Below, piece by piece: positions 13,401 through 26,700 of a stretch of DNA of 64,000 bases. The notes beneath the pieces were generated by a model, which had not been told where the DNA came from, did not search any database, and saw nothing but the letters and a program-made list of their open reading frames with translations. This DNA comes from Octopus bimaculoides (taxonomy: Eukaryota). The DNA lies in the NCBI RefSeq assembly GCF_001194135.2, contig NC_068991.1:77896504-77960503 (forward strand), read 5' to 3'. The position numbers were made by a program, and so were the translations under genes. Position 1 is the first letter of the stretch. Every line of letters begins with the position of its first letter.

Positions 13401-14638
13401 TACACATGTCTGGAAAACTCAACCCCTTCTGGTGCTTAAGCAACTGAATCCTCATCATTTCACATCAAGAGAGATCCACTTATTTTACTTCCGTTCTGCC
13501 ATTTCCCTTCATCAGTGATTCCCAACCGATGGACCCATTTGATTCCTACTATACTCAACTGGACCCTCTCAGCCATTCAATGTTTAAAAAATCCCATTAT
13601 TATATTTTTACATTTAAATATTGGGAATTGTATAAAAATGTTAAAATATAGGCACAGGAGTGGCTGTGTGGCAAGTAGCTGATCAGTACAACACAATACA
13701 ATGGCTTAAGCAATGTAGTTTGAACACTTGACCATTAAAATTGCATTCATCAGCTTTTGCTAATTTTGACCAGCAAAATAATATGAAATTCTGTTTGTTT
13801 TTCTTCTTTTTTTTCATAGTCTGCTTTAAGTTGCTTGTTCAACTATGTCAGTCAAACAGTTTATGAGACTCGTGTTGGTGGGAAATTTGTGTCTGATCTC
13901 ATTAAAGCAGCTGTTAAGGTAAGTTCTTTTATTAAATAGAATCAATTTATCCTCTGATGTGTATGTGTTGTATACTTTGCTCTGTGTGTGTATGTGTGTG
14001 TGTGTGAATCTTCCTCTTCTCCTCCCTCTTTTCATTTGCTCTGACAATTTTTCACCACGTCTTCATTTACTTCTCCATCCCAACCCCTGGCCCCATCTTT
14101 ATCCTCTGCATACAACATCTGCTAACGGCATTGCCAAGTTTTTCTATCAACACACTTGACTGCCAAGTTTAATCCGTTGGAATATGTCTGCTTCATTTCT
14201 TTTCCAATGTCCTGCTACCATGCATCACACTTTATATGCAAATTCTTTCCTAATACAGTCTTTCATTCTGAGAAAGAAGACCATTGCTGCCAACAGACTC
14301 TCTGAACTATTTCCATTCCATCCTTACTTTTTCTGTTCTACTTTTGCAATCCCCCCTCCCCACCTACACTACTGATTAGGTCACTTTGGTAAAAGAGACT
14401 ATCATCTATTTCTAGCAACCCTTTTGAGGCAGTTGAATGAATTCGTTTCTTTGGTGACTTTACTGCTAATTATTCCTGCTCATCTCTCACTACTTCTTTG
14501 TCAGTCTGACTGATGTCCCACAAACAAATCAACTGACCAAAATCTCTGCTTCAAAACAGTATTTTACATGAATAAAATTTGTGCCAAAATAAGCATAAAG
14601 TTTATAAATAGCAAAAACGATAACTATTTTTGTAACCT

Positions 14639-14669
<31 letters not shown>

Positions 14670-17600
14670 ACATATATAAAACACACATATATATCATCAT
14701 CGTCATCATCGTTTAATGTCCTCCTTTCATGCTGGCATGGGTTGGACGGTTTGACAGGAGCCTGTGCCATGCTTCAGAATGTGTTTTGGCATGGTTTATA
14801 TGGCTGGATACTCTTCCTAACATCAACCACTCCATATATATGTATATATACATACACTCACACACACACACACACACACAAATATGGAAGAGAGACAAAT
14901 TTGAATATTAATTGAAACTAATTTTTCTCCAATTTTAGGTTAATCCAGACAAATCTCTGAAGTTGTTTATTCCACATTTCTGTAGTAACATTCGACGACT
15001 CCTTGCCGCAAGTGAGTAACTTGTCAAAGTCTTTAAACATTCTTTTTAACTCAGTCTCACCACAAGATTCCTTTAACCTTTAAGCATTTAAACCAGCCAC
15101 ATCAGGCCCAAATGTTCTTCCTGTTTTATATTCAGACCACCAGATCCAGCCTCTGACATGTCATTCTAAAACCAAGCAATCACATCATTGAAATCTCAAT
15201 GCTACAATACAATGCATTTGACAATCTGTTGAGTCTGTCTCTCTTTAGAGCATTCACATACTTCTGTGCAAGTAACACCACTAAACAGCCATTACTGGGT
15301 ACTGCATTCTAAAGTTCTCTGTCAAGATGTCCAGCTCTTCTCTCTCCAAATGAGATTGCAATGTGAATGAATTTGTCAATTCAATGATTTCTGGAAAAAA
15401 AAAAACGTTGGCCATTCAGTTCCAGAAAGCAGAACCGTAACTGTCACAGCATTGATCAGTTGAATGATTTGTTGCTTTCTGCAGAGAAATGCCAATCTAT
15501 TTTGAGTTTTGTCGACGAGAGCAATCGAATTCAAGATTTCTGTATTGCAAAGTAATGTATGAAGATCATTGCATAACATTTATATACAGCTTGATGTTCT
15601 GTGCCATGGAGTCTCAATGCTGAGACACCATTGAGTTGGTCAGCTGTTGACTCTCACGTATTGTATGTGAGCACATTATTTCACAATTTAGTGGTTGGCA
15701 TTAAAGACATCCGGTTAAAAAAAAATGCTCTGTTTCTGTTCATGGAAAGTTATTTCCATTATTGAAGTTGGAGGGGAAAAAAAAACAGAATATATATTCT
15801 GAATGCTATTCAGGGACTTGTGTGCTTCACTGGGCTGGTGTTTGTCTTCAGTTTCTGCTGGCATTATTGAGAAACAAATCTTCTCTTGGATATGAAACCA
15901 GTCTATTGTGGGTATTTCTTCCCTGTGAAAGGAACTGAACTCACCCCGTAAAACTAACACATTTACTTATCACCTGCACAGTGCAGTTACTGCATATAGC
16001 CATGAGTAATTGCACAGTTGTGAACAACTTGTCAATAAGACAATGCAACTGCTGCACACAGTAGTAAATAATTTGCTGCACAGCATGAGTAACTTGTTAG
16101 TTTGACCATGCACTTGCTGCATACAATAATGCATAACTTGTTACTTATTTCATACATTTCACTTTATTTGTGGTAGTTTATATGAAATAAATTGCATTTA
16201 ATTTTCCTTTAATTACAGATGAAGACATCAAAGACGAAGAAAAGCTTGACGTGGAGCTGTTATGGAATCTTTTGATGCTGTCACAAGTAAGTGATTTTCT
16301 TGTCATTTAATTAAACCACAAATTAGAGACCACCCCTCTTGCTTACTCATTACAGTACTATCAATATTTGAAAAATTCATTGTTTTATTACCAATTCAGA
16401 CAGACACACCAGTTTCCTTGAACTTTTCTATTTATGTAAATTTCTTGTGTATCTTTTCTGTTGCTATGGAAGTAATGGGTGGTTTGAGGGAGAACTGACA
16501 GCTATATCTAGCAGGTTTCTTTGTTGTTTTACAGTATTTTTTTGTTTTTATATTCTACACTCAAAGCCCCTAAGTTCTCCTGGAACTTAACTTTGCTTTA
16601 TCGTTGCCGGTGCCCCTGGACTGGCTCATGTGCGGGCGACACATGAAATCTTTCGAGCGAGATCATTGCCAGTGCCCCTGAACTGGCTCTTGTGCGGGGC
16701 CGTCGTAGGATCTTCGAGCGAGATCGTTGCCGGTGCCCATGGACTGGCTCATGTGCAGGCGACACATGAAATCTTTCGAGCGAGANNNNNNNNNNNNNNN
16801 NNNNNNNNNNNNNNNNNNNNNNNNNNNNNNNNNNNNNNNNNNNNNNNNNNNNNNNNNNNNNNNNNNNNNNNNNNNNNNNNNNNNNNNNNNNNNNNNNNNN
16901 NNNNNNNNTATCGTTGCCGGTGCCCCTGGACTGGCTCATGTGCGGGCGACACATGAAATCTTTCGAGCGAGATCATTGCCAGTGCCCCTGAACTGGCTCT
17001 TGTGCGGGGCCGTCGTAGGATTTTTGAGCGAGATCATTGCCAGTGCCCCTGGACTGGCTCATGTGCGGGCGACACATGAAATGCACCATTTTGAGCATGG
17101 CCGTTGCCAGTACCGCCTGACTGGCCTTCGTGCGGGTGACACTTAAAAGCACCCACTACACTCTCTGAGTGGTTGGCGTTAGGAAGGGCATCCAGCTGTA
17201 GAAACTCTGCCAAATCAGATTGGAGCCTGGTGTAGCCATCTGGTTTCACCGGTCCTCAGTCAAATCGCCCAACCCATGCTAGCATGGAAAGTGGACGTTA
17301 AACGACGACGACGTGGAGTCTTCAAGTACCCATCATATATTGGAATTGGTTCAGCTGGTTATCTCTGTATCAATTTAGGAAAGCCATATTGTAATAAATG
17401 CTTATTTATTTATTTTTCTATCCAAACACGTTTTTAACCCAATGTTTATAGCTTTATTTGCTTCAAGATCCATCAATAAAAAAAAATTATTATCTACTTA
17501 CTTAGGTTGTACGAGCTCCAGGACATAATCTGCTGTCTTTTGTGGATGAACTCACAGATCTTTTATCACCCTTATTAGAGCTGAAATGTGTTGAAGCCTA

Positions 17601-20587
17601 CGAATACAGTACAAGCACCTTGCGTTACCTTCTTCGTTCCCTGACCAATATCTACCCTTTGGATTTCCGGAGTGTCCCAGTAGACTTTGATGCACCTCTC
17701 ACTGAGCACTTGATCATCAGGGTCAGTATATCCACACATTGCTTGTCTATAACATACGTGCGATCTGAATGGAATAAATATCAGGCAGAGACCTGAGACC
17801 AATTCAGTTGAGGATACCTTTTATTATTTGAAACCTTTTTAAAGGGTTCCTACAATTCACAGAGAATGTATTGTTGCATTTTTCTTTTTCTTTCTAGGAT
17901 TGGGCTTATACAGGATCTGTTGAAAATGCTGACATACAATGGCACATACCATGCGCTGAAGAAATTCAGTTTGCTTCTCGTATTCTAGAGAAAGTGCTGA
18001 AACCTGAGCTGGAATTCATAAAAACAATTGACAAAGATAATGAAACTCCAAGGTAGGTTCAGCAATTTGTTAACATATTGGACGTTCATGTCTGATGGGA
18101 TTCAAAGACTTGAAGAAAACTCCTTCTGTTTGTAGCTTCTTTTAGATTTCTTTTGTGTCTGTAGTGTTTACAAATCATTTGATACGGGGGAGATTGAGGC
18201 TGTTAATGTTACTTATGAATGACTGCAGCCTGACAGCTGCAGGGGAAAGAAACAATTGGGCAGAATGAAAATTCCAGAGGTTTGACAGAGTTGTTGGAAG
18301 AAGGAAGACTGGCTATAATGGTGAGTGTTGGGCCTGGTGGGAAGCTGTTAATTCTCTATAATTAGGGATATTTTTACTGATGGAATACAACAGCAGCAAG
18401 TGAGACGCCTCAGCACTCTCAACTTGTCACATTTAAATAGTTGTAATCTAGATATATATTCTGCAGGTACACATTGTCATTTTGCATCTGCTTTCCATGC
18501 TGACATTGGTTGGATGGTTTCACAGAATCCTATGTCTCCATTGTCTCAGTTTTGGTTTTGATGAATGGTTACCTTTCCTATCACTGACCACTTCACAGTG
18601 GATACCGAGTGTATTTCTTTAATGATATCAGCACTAAAGAGATTCTCTTCTTCTCAGTAAATCCAAAGAATCTTCTCAATTTTGTAGACTCTCCAGAGTC
18701 TTCTAAAATCATGAACACTATGTACGTACTGCAGCTAATGAGAAATATCTCCAAGAACATCCGCCTTGTAAGGTTAATACTTTACTCAAGGTTCAGTGAT
18801 GTTGCATGTCTGAGATATATTTGCGACTAGATAAGAAAGTCGGCAACTTTTCTATAAACATCTGGCAATATATTTCAGATATTTAATTAATTAATCTAAA
18901 ATTAAAGTCTGTATAACCATCTTCAGAATGTAATGTCTATAACCAGTAAAGATTTGATTTATATAGTGTAAAGTTCTGTGAATCTATCCAAAAATCCCAA
19001 GGGAATCTTATAAATAAAATAAAAAATGTTCAGCTTTAGTCTCATGGTGGTAAGCTGATGAGGACTTAAAACATGCCCTGTGCAGGACCTGAAGAGCATT
19101 GGTAGCTTAATCAATAGAATACTGAACTAACCAGTTGTTCATATCTTGTCATTAGCATTTTATGGCATTTGTAGCCAAAATGGCAAGGTATTCCAAGCTC
19201 TTAATGGGTACCTCTTTGTGTGGTGAAATTCATTGCCATTTGTGGCTGTATTGTCACTGAAGAATGGATAACCATTTTATCTGTCTGTGGTACTTAGTTC
19301 AGTTGCCACTACCTGTAAACTAGCTTCCTGCTTTTGGTAGAGGCTTATCTCTTGTTTACTTCACATCACAGACAGTGGGTGATAAACACCAGCTTTAGAT
19401 ACCAATGACCTCTTGTCTTCTCGTTGCTGTCACTACAGATAAACCCCAGCCCCCAACTTTAGTGGTTGCTTTCCTTTAGGACCTGGTACTTGTTCTTGAC
19501 ACAGGGAGGATGATGTATTCTCTCTGTCTATCTTCATTGTATTTTTTAATGTCATTTTATTTCTCTTCCAATGTTTGTATGGATTGGATGGGTCTGTCAT
19601 ACAACTTGTCTCTATCTTAGGACCCCCATGATGTTCTGAAATTGACCTCACCACCTTTTCCCCTGTCCAGACTATCAACTACAACAGATTACATCACAGT
19701 AATTAGGAACAAAACACTTATCAAGTGTTAGTCTTATCCACAATCCCCTTGATTAATTTGTTTCTTGTTAATTTAGATCATACTTTGTTGTTAGGTTCTG
19801 TTTTCTATTGTTGAATCTTTCTTTTTGTCTTTTTCCTTTTTCTCTCCTGAATAATTATTTCTTTTATTCCAAATATTCTTTTAGCCATTACAAATCAAAC
19901 TTAATCAATTTTTTTTTTCTTTCCGTTTCTGAATATTTTTCTTTTAGATTTTTGTGTTACAGTTGCTGTGTTTTTGATTATGTTTGCCTTTCTTCTTACC
20001 CTCCTCTCACTCATTCCTGTCGTTTCTCCACTCTGGCTCTACTCCTCTTCTTTCCAGAGATGATCTACTTCGGCGTCTTACCATAATCTTTGAGGCTTTA
20101 CTTGGAGCCGGTGCATTGCTGCCTTTTATTGATGGTGAAGCTTACAACATGTAAGTGTTACTCCCTGTTCAGATCATTTATTATTGTTTAATCTGTTTTT
20201 ATCCATTTTACACTTCAGTTTTGGAGCCGTAGGTTTGCAGTTTGGAGCCATAGGTTCACTCCCTCGCACCGTTTCTAAATGCCACAAGAAACTTCATTCA
20301 AGATGACCAGGATTTTCTTTTTTTTTTCTTGTTGATCTTTACATACTTTGCCAGTTTACGTCAGTGAAAGATCATCATTTAACATCGGTGTTCCATGCTG
20401 GCATGGGTTGGACAAGTTGAAGGTTCCGATGAGTCCAAGGACTGCATTGTGCTCCAATGTCTGTTTCTTTGGCATGATTTCTATAACTGGATGCTCTTCC
20501 TAACTCCAACCATTTTACAATGTGTACTGGGTACTTTTCTTGTACCTATGTATAAAGTTGGTGTGTGTGTATATGTATATATATATA

Positions 20588-20647
<60 letters not shown>

Positions 20648-23600
20648 TTTAATGTCTGTTCTACCATAGTAGCATCAGTTTGGGTAAAGTTATTTTACAG
20701 CAGGATGCTCATGCTGTCTCTAACCCTTACCTGCTTTTCATGTAAAGGGTTTCTTTATTGCCATGGGTCTTTGAAAGTACAAAGTGATTGATTATAATAT
20801 CAACAAGGAATGTCCACATCAGCACCACTCACAGAAGCAGTGACAAATTGCAATATAAACATTTTCACCCAATCACGTGTGCATTACTCTGCATGTTTTC
20901 TTCTATCACCTTTTTGCAGCCATGAATCTTATCTTTTCATCCTTTCTCGTCATCCTTTCTCATCATCCCATCTAGAATCCTTGCATCCTCTCTTTTCTAA
21001 TCCTTTAGTCTTGCAAGTTGTAAGGTGATCTCACTAGTGTTTGTGCTATGGAAATTACATTAGGAAGGGCATCTAAATGTCGAAACCATGCCAAAGTAGA
21101 CATTGGAGTATAATGCAATTCTCTGACTTTTACTGGGTCTTGGACAAGCATCCAACCCAAGCCAGCTTGGCAGACAGATATTAAATGATGAAAATAATCA
21201 ACTGAATTGCTGGAGCAAAGCCTTAAATAATACAGTTTTGAGAGTGGATTTGGTAATACACATGGTGGCTGTGTGGTAAGAAGCTTGCTTTCCAACCACA
21301 TGGTTCTGGGTTCAGTCCCACTGCATGGCACCTTGGGCAAGTGTCTTCTACTGTAGCTTCAAGCCCACTAAAGCCTTGTGAGTGGATTTGGTAAACGGAA
21401 ACTGAAAGAAGCCCATCATATCTATCTCATCATCATCATCATCATCGTTTAACGTCCGCTTTCCATGCTAGCATGGGTTGGACGATTTGACTGAGGACTG
21501 GTGAAACCGGATGGCAACACCAGGCTCCAGTCTGATTTGGCAGAGTTTCTACAGCTGGATGCCCTTCCTAACGCCAACCACTCAGAGAGTGTAGTGGGTG
21601 CTTTTACGTGTCACCCGCACGAAAACGGCCACGCTCGAAATGGTGTCTTTTATGTGCCACCCGCACAAGCCAGTCCAGGGGCACTGGCAACGATCTCGCT
21701 CGAAAATCCTACAGGAGCCAGTATATATATATCTATCTATATATATATATTTGTGTATGTATGTATTCATGTGACTGTGTTTGTGCCTCCACTGTTGCTT
21801 GACAACTGATGTTGGTGTGTCTACGTCCCCGTAATGTAGCAGTTCGGCAAAAGAGACTGATGGAATAAGTACCAGGCTCACAAAGACTAAGTCCTGGGGT
21901 CAATTTGTTCGACCAAAAGTGGTGCTCCAACATGGCCACAGTCAAATGGCTGAAACAAGTAAAAGAATAAGAGTATTCCAAGAAACATGTTGACGGCCCT
22001 TTTTTTTCACTTATGCACTTTTTAGTCTGTTTCTTTCTTTCTTTTTTTTTCCTTTCTTTCTTTTTTTTCCTTTCCTTCTTTCTTTTTTTTGTACTCATGC
22101 CATAAATAATGGCAGCAAATATGTTTATTGTATTTAAATGTCTTTCTACTGCAGCCGTTTTCCATTCATTCATTGCTAGCTGTAGTTCCTTTGTTGCCTT
22201 CTAACCATTTTCCAGTCAGCAGCACAATTACCATTTCGTTGATCGCTCAACAGAACTGAAACTTTTGCAACCGGAACAAGTCTCCTCATTGTGTCTTTGT
22301 CATGTCAAAAGCTTCCATCATATTTCAGAGATTTTCATTGTTGGTCTTTGTAAATTTACACTGAACACACTGGAGCAATCTGATTGTCCCACTTACTACC
22401 TCTTCCACTAAACTTTCTCAGTTTATGTGGATATTTTTGATAACAAACTTTCCTTACCATTTTGTGAACAAGAGAATTTCAAAATTAAAATAAAAAATGA
22501 AAAACATTATTTAAAAGAAAACATAATTATGATAAAATGGAAAGCAAAGTAATTTAAGATATCTTTGAAAGAATTCTCTTGGATAAAAGAGATAAAAATA
22601 TTCTTTCTTTCTTTATATATTTAGACAAAAATATTCTTTCTTGGGAAAGAATATTTTACAAAGCTAGCTACAATCTTCTGACACTAATTTCCAACTTAAG
22701 TACACTGATCTGTGTGTGTGTGCTTCTGCTTTCAGTCTATGCTATGTATGCTGTCTGTGAAAAAGGGAACTATTTCTGCCAATAGTCTGCCTCCTTTCTC
22801 AGCAATTAAGCTCCTTTCTATTAACAGAGTGGAATCCGAAGTGGAATTATTGACTTTTAGCTGCTCTGCATCAATGACTGAAGGTAATTTTGTCTTTAAT
22901 CTTAGTTTGCTTTATTTATTTATTTTTTATTTTATTTTATTTTCAATGTCCTTAAAAGTAGTTAATAATCATTTCCTTTAACTCAGCACAAAACCAGGTT
23001 TTTAAAAATGTTTTTAGAAAACTGGTTTTGCTGACAAATTTTATAAAACTGGTTCATGGTATGTAAGGCCATGTAGCTCCTTCTGTATAATTGTTTGCTC
23101 TAACAGAAACATCAGCCGAATTTACCTCAAATAACTCGCTAAAATTTTGGAAAAGGAGGGGTGCATTATAAAATGTAATCCAAGACATGTAATGCCCAAG
23201 AGAATGATTGAATGGTAGTGATTGTAATACCATTGTGATTTTAAATCTCCTTATATTCTATTGGATGTTGGACTTGAGGGCAGTGTTAGACGTGTTTGAG
23301 ATCTCCTTTGTGATTTATAATTAGCTGCCTCAGTTTACCAAAATGTTTGTTCTTCTTCAGGAATCACCTTTAATGGAAGTTGTATCCGGCTTGCTGTTGT
23401 TGATGCAATCCAGCCTTTACTCAGTGAGTTGCCTACTTTCAGCCTCTTCTGTTCGTAATAATCATTTGGAAAGAGATGAACCCAAATTAATATGCTTCTC
23501 CGTCAAAATTGTAGATATACATCCAGTGGTGGACTGGGTCTAAAAATATTGGTTGCCAAGAGACTAAGGGGGCCCACCCGCAACTACAATGCTATCATTT

Positions 23601-23719
23601 AATTTTCATGGGCCCCTTACATACTAGCATGTACTCTAATGTCTAAGGGGGCCCACTCGCCATCGGGCAAGCTGATAACCTGGCCAGTCCACTACTATCC
23701 ATCCCAAAACTTCTGTAAG

Positions 23720-23757
<38 letters not shown>

Positions 23758-26700
23758 CCTATATTCACATGTTCTCCAAAATACACACACACTCTCTTTA
23801 TCTCTCTTTATTCCCCATACACACAAGCACATGGTACTTGTGTGTAAAAGAGAAAGACAAATATTAAAGAGACCCCCCCCCCATCTCTCTCTTTCACACT
23901 CTACAGTCACTCCATTTTGATCTTTTCAATATCAACAGAAACTAAGAAATGCAAGAAAGGTTAGGTTGGTGTGTTACGAGAGGAAGATGAGAGTAATGGT
24001 GCAGGAAAGCTCCATCAGCAGAGAAGAAATGAAAGTGTTGTGAATGGGTTCGTGTGATTGTGAGAGAGAACAAGAAAAACAGACACTCAGTACAGTGAAA
24101 TTTTGAATAATTGAAAGAGCTCTATTCCATGTAATTAGTCCAGCTAGGTGTATATGTCTTTGTATATGTACGTCTGTGCATGCACACACACACACACCTG
24201 AATTCATTATAGGTGGTGGATGCATTGAAGTGATGGTGAAGGAGTCAAGAAAAGGGAGACTGGAAGAGAAGGAAGGAAAACCACAGTTAAATAACAAAAG
24301 ACTAGAGATAACTTTTCATCATCATCATCATCCTTTAACGTCTGCTTTCCATGCTGGCATGGGTTAGACAGTTTGGCTGGAACTGGTAAGCTGGAGAGGT
24401 GCACCAGGTTTCAGTCTGATTTGGTATGGTTTCTACAGCTCGATGCTCTTCTTAACGCCAACCACTCTGGGAGTGTAATGGGTGCTTTTACGTGCCACCA
24501 GCACAGGTACCATTTCCATGACACCTGCAACGCTCATGACGATTCACAGGTGCAATTTACATGGCACCGGCAACGACCACAACTATGATACACAGGTGTC
24601 ATTTACATACTACAATTCACCAGTGCCATTTACCTGACACCTGCAACGATCATGACTATGATTCAAGGTGCAATTTACATGGCACCAGCAGTGACCATGA
24701 CTACAATTTCACAGGTGCCATTTACGTGACCTATAATCAAGTATTTTAGTATTCAAATTTATTTAAATGATCTTTTTTTTAATTTGTTTTCCTCTTTCAA
24801 AATTATTTCAGACTATCTCCTGACCCACTGTGAAGATGATACTAAAAATCTTCTCAAGATCATTGCTGTAAGTATTCTCGTCATTGTTTCTTTCTTGTAT
24901 TGTTTTCCCTTTGTCCTTTCTTTTACAATTCTTTTGCACTCAGTTTGTATTCTGTACGATGTTAACCCTTTCGTTACTAACCCGGCCGTAGCCGGCCGAA
25001 AAATTTTTTGGTTCATAAGACTAACCCGGCTGAGCGTACCCATTGTTATTTAAATGTATATTTGAACCCAAATCTCGTTAGTACATTCGTTAAAACACCT
25101 GATTTCACTTTGCAAACAGTTGAGTTATTGTCTCCCACATTGTTTGGCATGATATTTTTTCCACATTTTTTGCGGCTTTAATTTTTTCAACTTTGAAGAT
25201 GGAGAGGAGTTTCATTCTATCAAGCAATGATTCCGAATTTGAAGGTTTTTCAACAGAAGATATGGAGATATCGAAGAAAAGAATGAATGAGCTACAAAAG
25301 CACGTGGTGAACGATAATAAATCGGATATTTCTGTATCCGAAACTGAAAGCAGTGATTCTGAAAGCAGCGACGGCGAGGATGATTTTACACAGGAATGGA
25401 GTAAAAACTTAAAAAAACGTTTTTATTAACAATTTTTCTGAGGAAACAGGGTCTACCCATAGTCTTTCTCAGGAAGCGAAACCTTTAGACTTCTTTTTCA
25501 TGCTTGTTTGNNNNNNNNNNAGTTTCCTTCAACTGTAGATGAAATACGGGCATTTTTTGCCATAAATATTATTATGGGTATTAGACAGTTACCCAGAATA
25601 ACAAATTACTGGAGCGATGAGGAACCTTTTGGCGATGAATATATTTCCAGTATTATGAACGAGTATGATTCGTAAAGCTGAACCAATATTTACATGTGAG
25701 AGACACTAACAGTACCCCCCTCCCAGTACGTGGAGAACTTTGAGACAAAAATTATGCAATAGAATTGATTAAGAACCCTTTCTTTAATTATGTTCCAAAT
25801 ATCACTTTAATATGTTGATAAATAAAAAAGTTACAGGTGTTTAATGAGACTAGTCTAAATTCATGATTATTTTAGAATTTAATTGAAACTCATGAGGGGT
25901 GTATTTTGGTCAGAAATATAGTAACGAAGGGGTTAATACTGATGGGCTTTCTTCTAATGTAACAAAATAAAGATTAAAAAAATCTTTTTACTAGCTGTGA
26001 ATCTTATTTTTATGGGTTTTCTTTTATGAAACACATCTCAAATCCAGCTGTATATATGGCTGAGTGGTTAAGAAGCTTGCTTCCCAATTACATGGTCTCG
26101 GGTTCACTTTCATTGCATGGTACCTTGGGCAAGTATCTTCTACTACAGCTTCACAATGACCAAAGCCTTGTGAACCACACATGCACACACACATTAATAT
26201 AACAGAAAATATTTCTCTTTGGTAATATTCATTTCTTCGAAACAAGACCAAATATCTGGGGAGTATGGAACAAAATCAGTTGATTAGATTCATCCTAATT
26301 CTTGACTCCTACTCTAATTTATTGACTTTAGAAGGATTCATTGAAACAAGTATGGCTGCAGAATGGTGAGAGACTTGCAGTAATTACAGAACAAGGACTT
26401 GAATGTGTTCTGCTGGATGTGTGTTGTTAACTTAGAATGAAATTGAAGCATAATTAGCATGAGTTAATGGCAGGACATAGAAGAAGATATTGGCTGATGT
26501 TTAGAGGAAGAATACCTACACTGACTTAAATACACAGTCCAGTAATAAACTGCTGTGAGTTTAGGCAGACAGAATGACTATAGTAGAGATAGACTGAAGA
26601 AGATTTGGTTAGAAATACAGAGAAGCCTCATCAAGAAAAAATGGTGTGTTGAAAGTCTATAAAAAGCCATCCTAGCATGAACAAAAATATATTTCATTCC

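Noticed and set aside
15230-15720. Possible DNA-transposase remnant (minus-strand ORF 15376-15579)
   Set aside because: No recognisable catalytic motif, so unsupported.
24481-24731. Repeat-spacer-like arrays (conserved GGTGC..TTTAC plus variable part) superficially resembling CRISPR
   Set aside because: The variable parts are homologous to each other, the array lies inside a eukaryotic LINE 3' UTR, and there are no cas genes.
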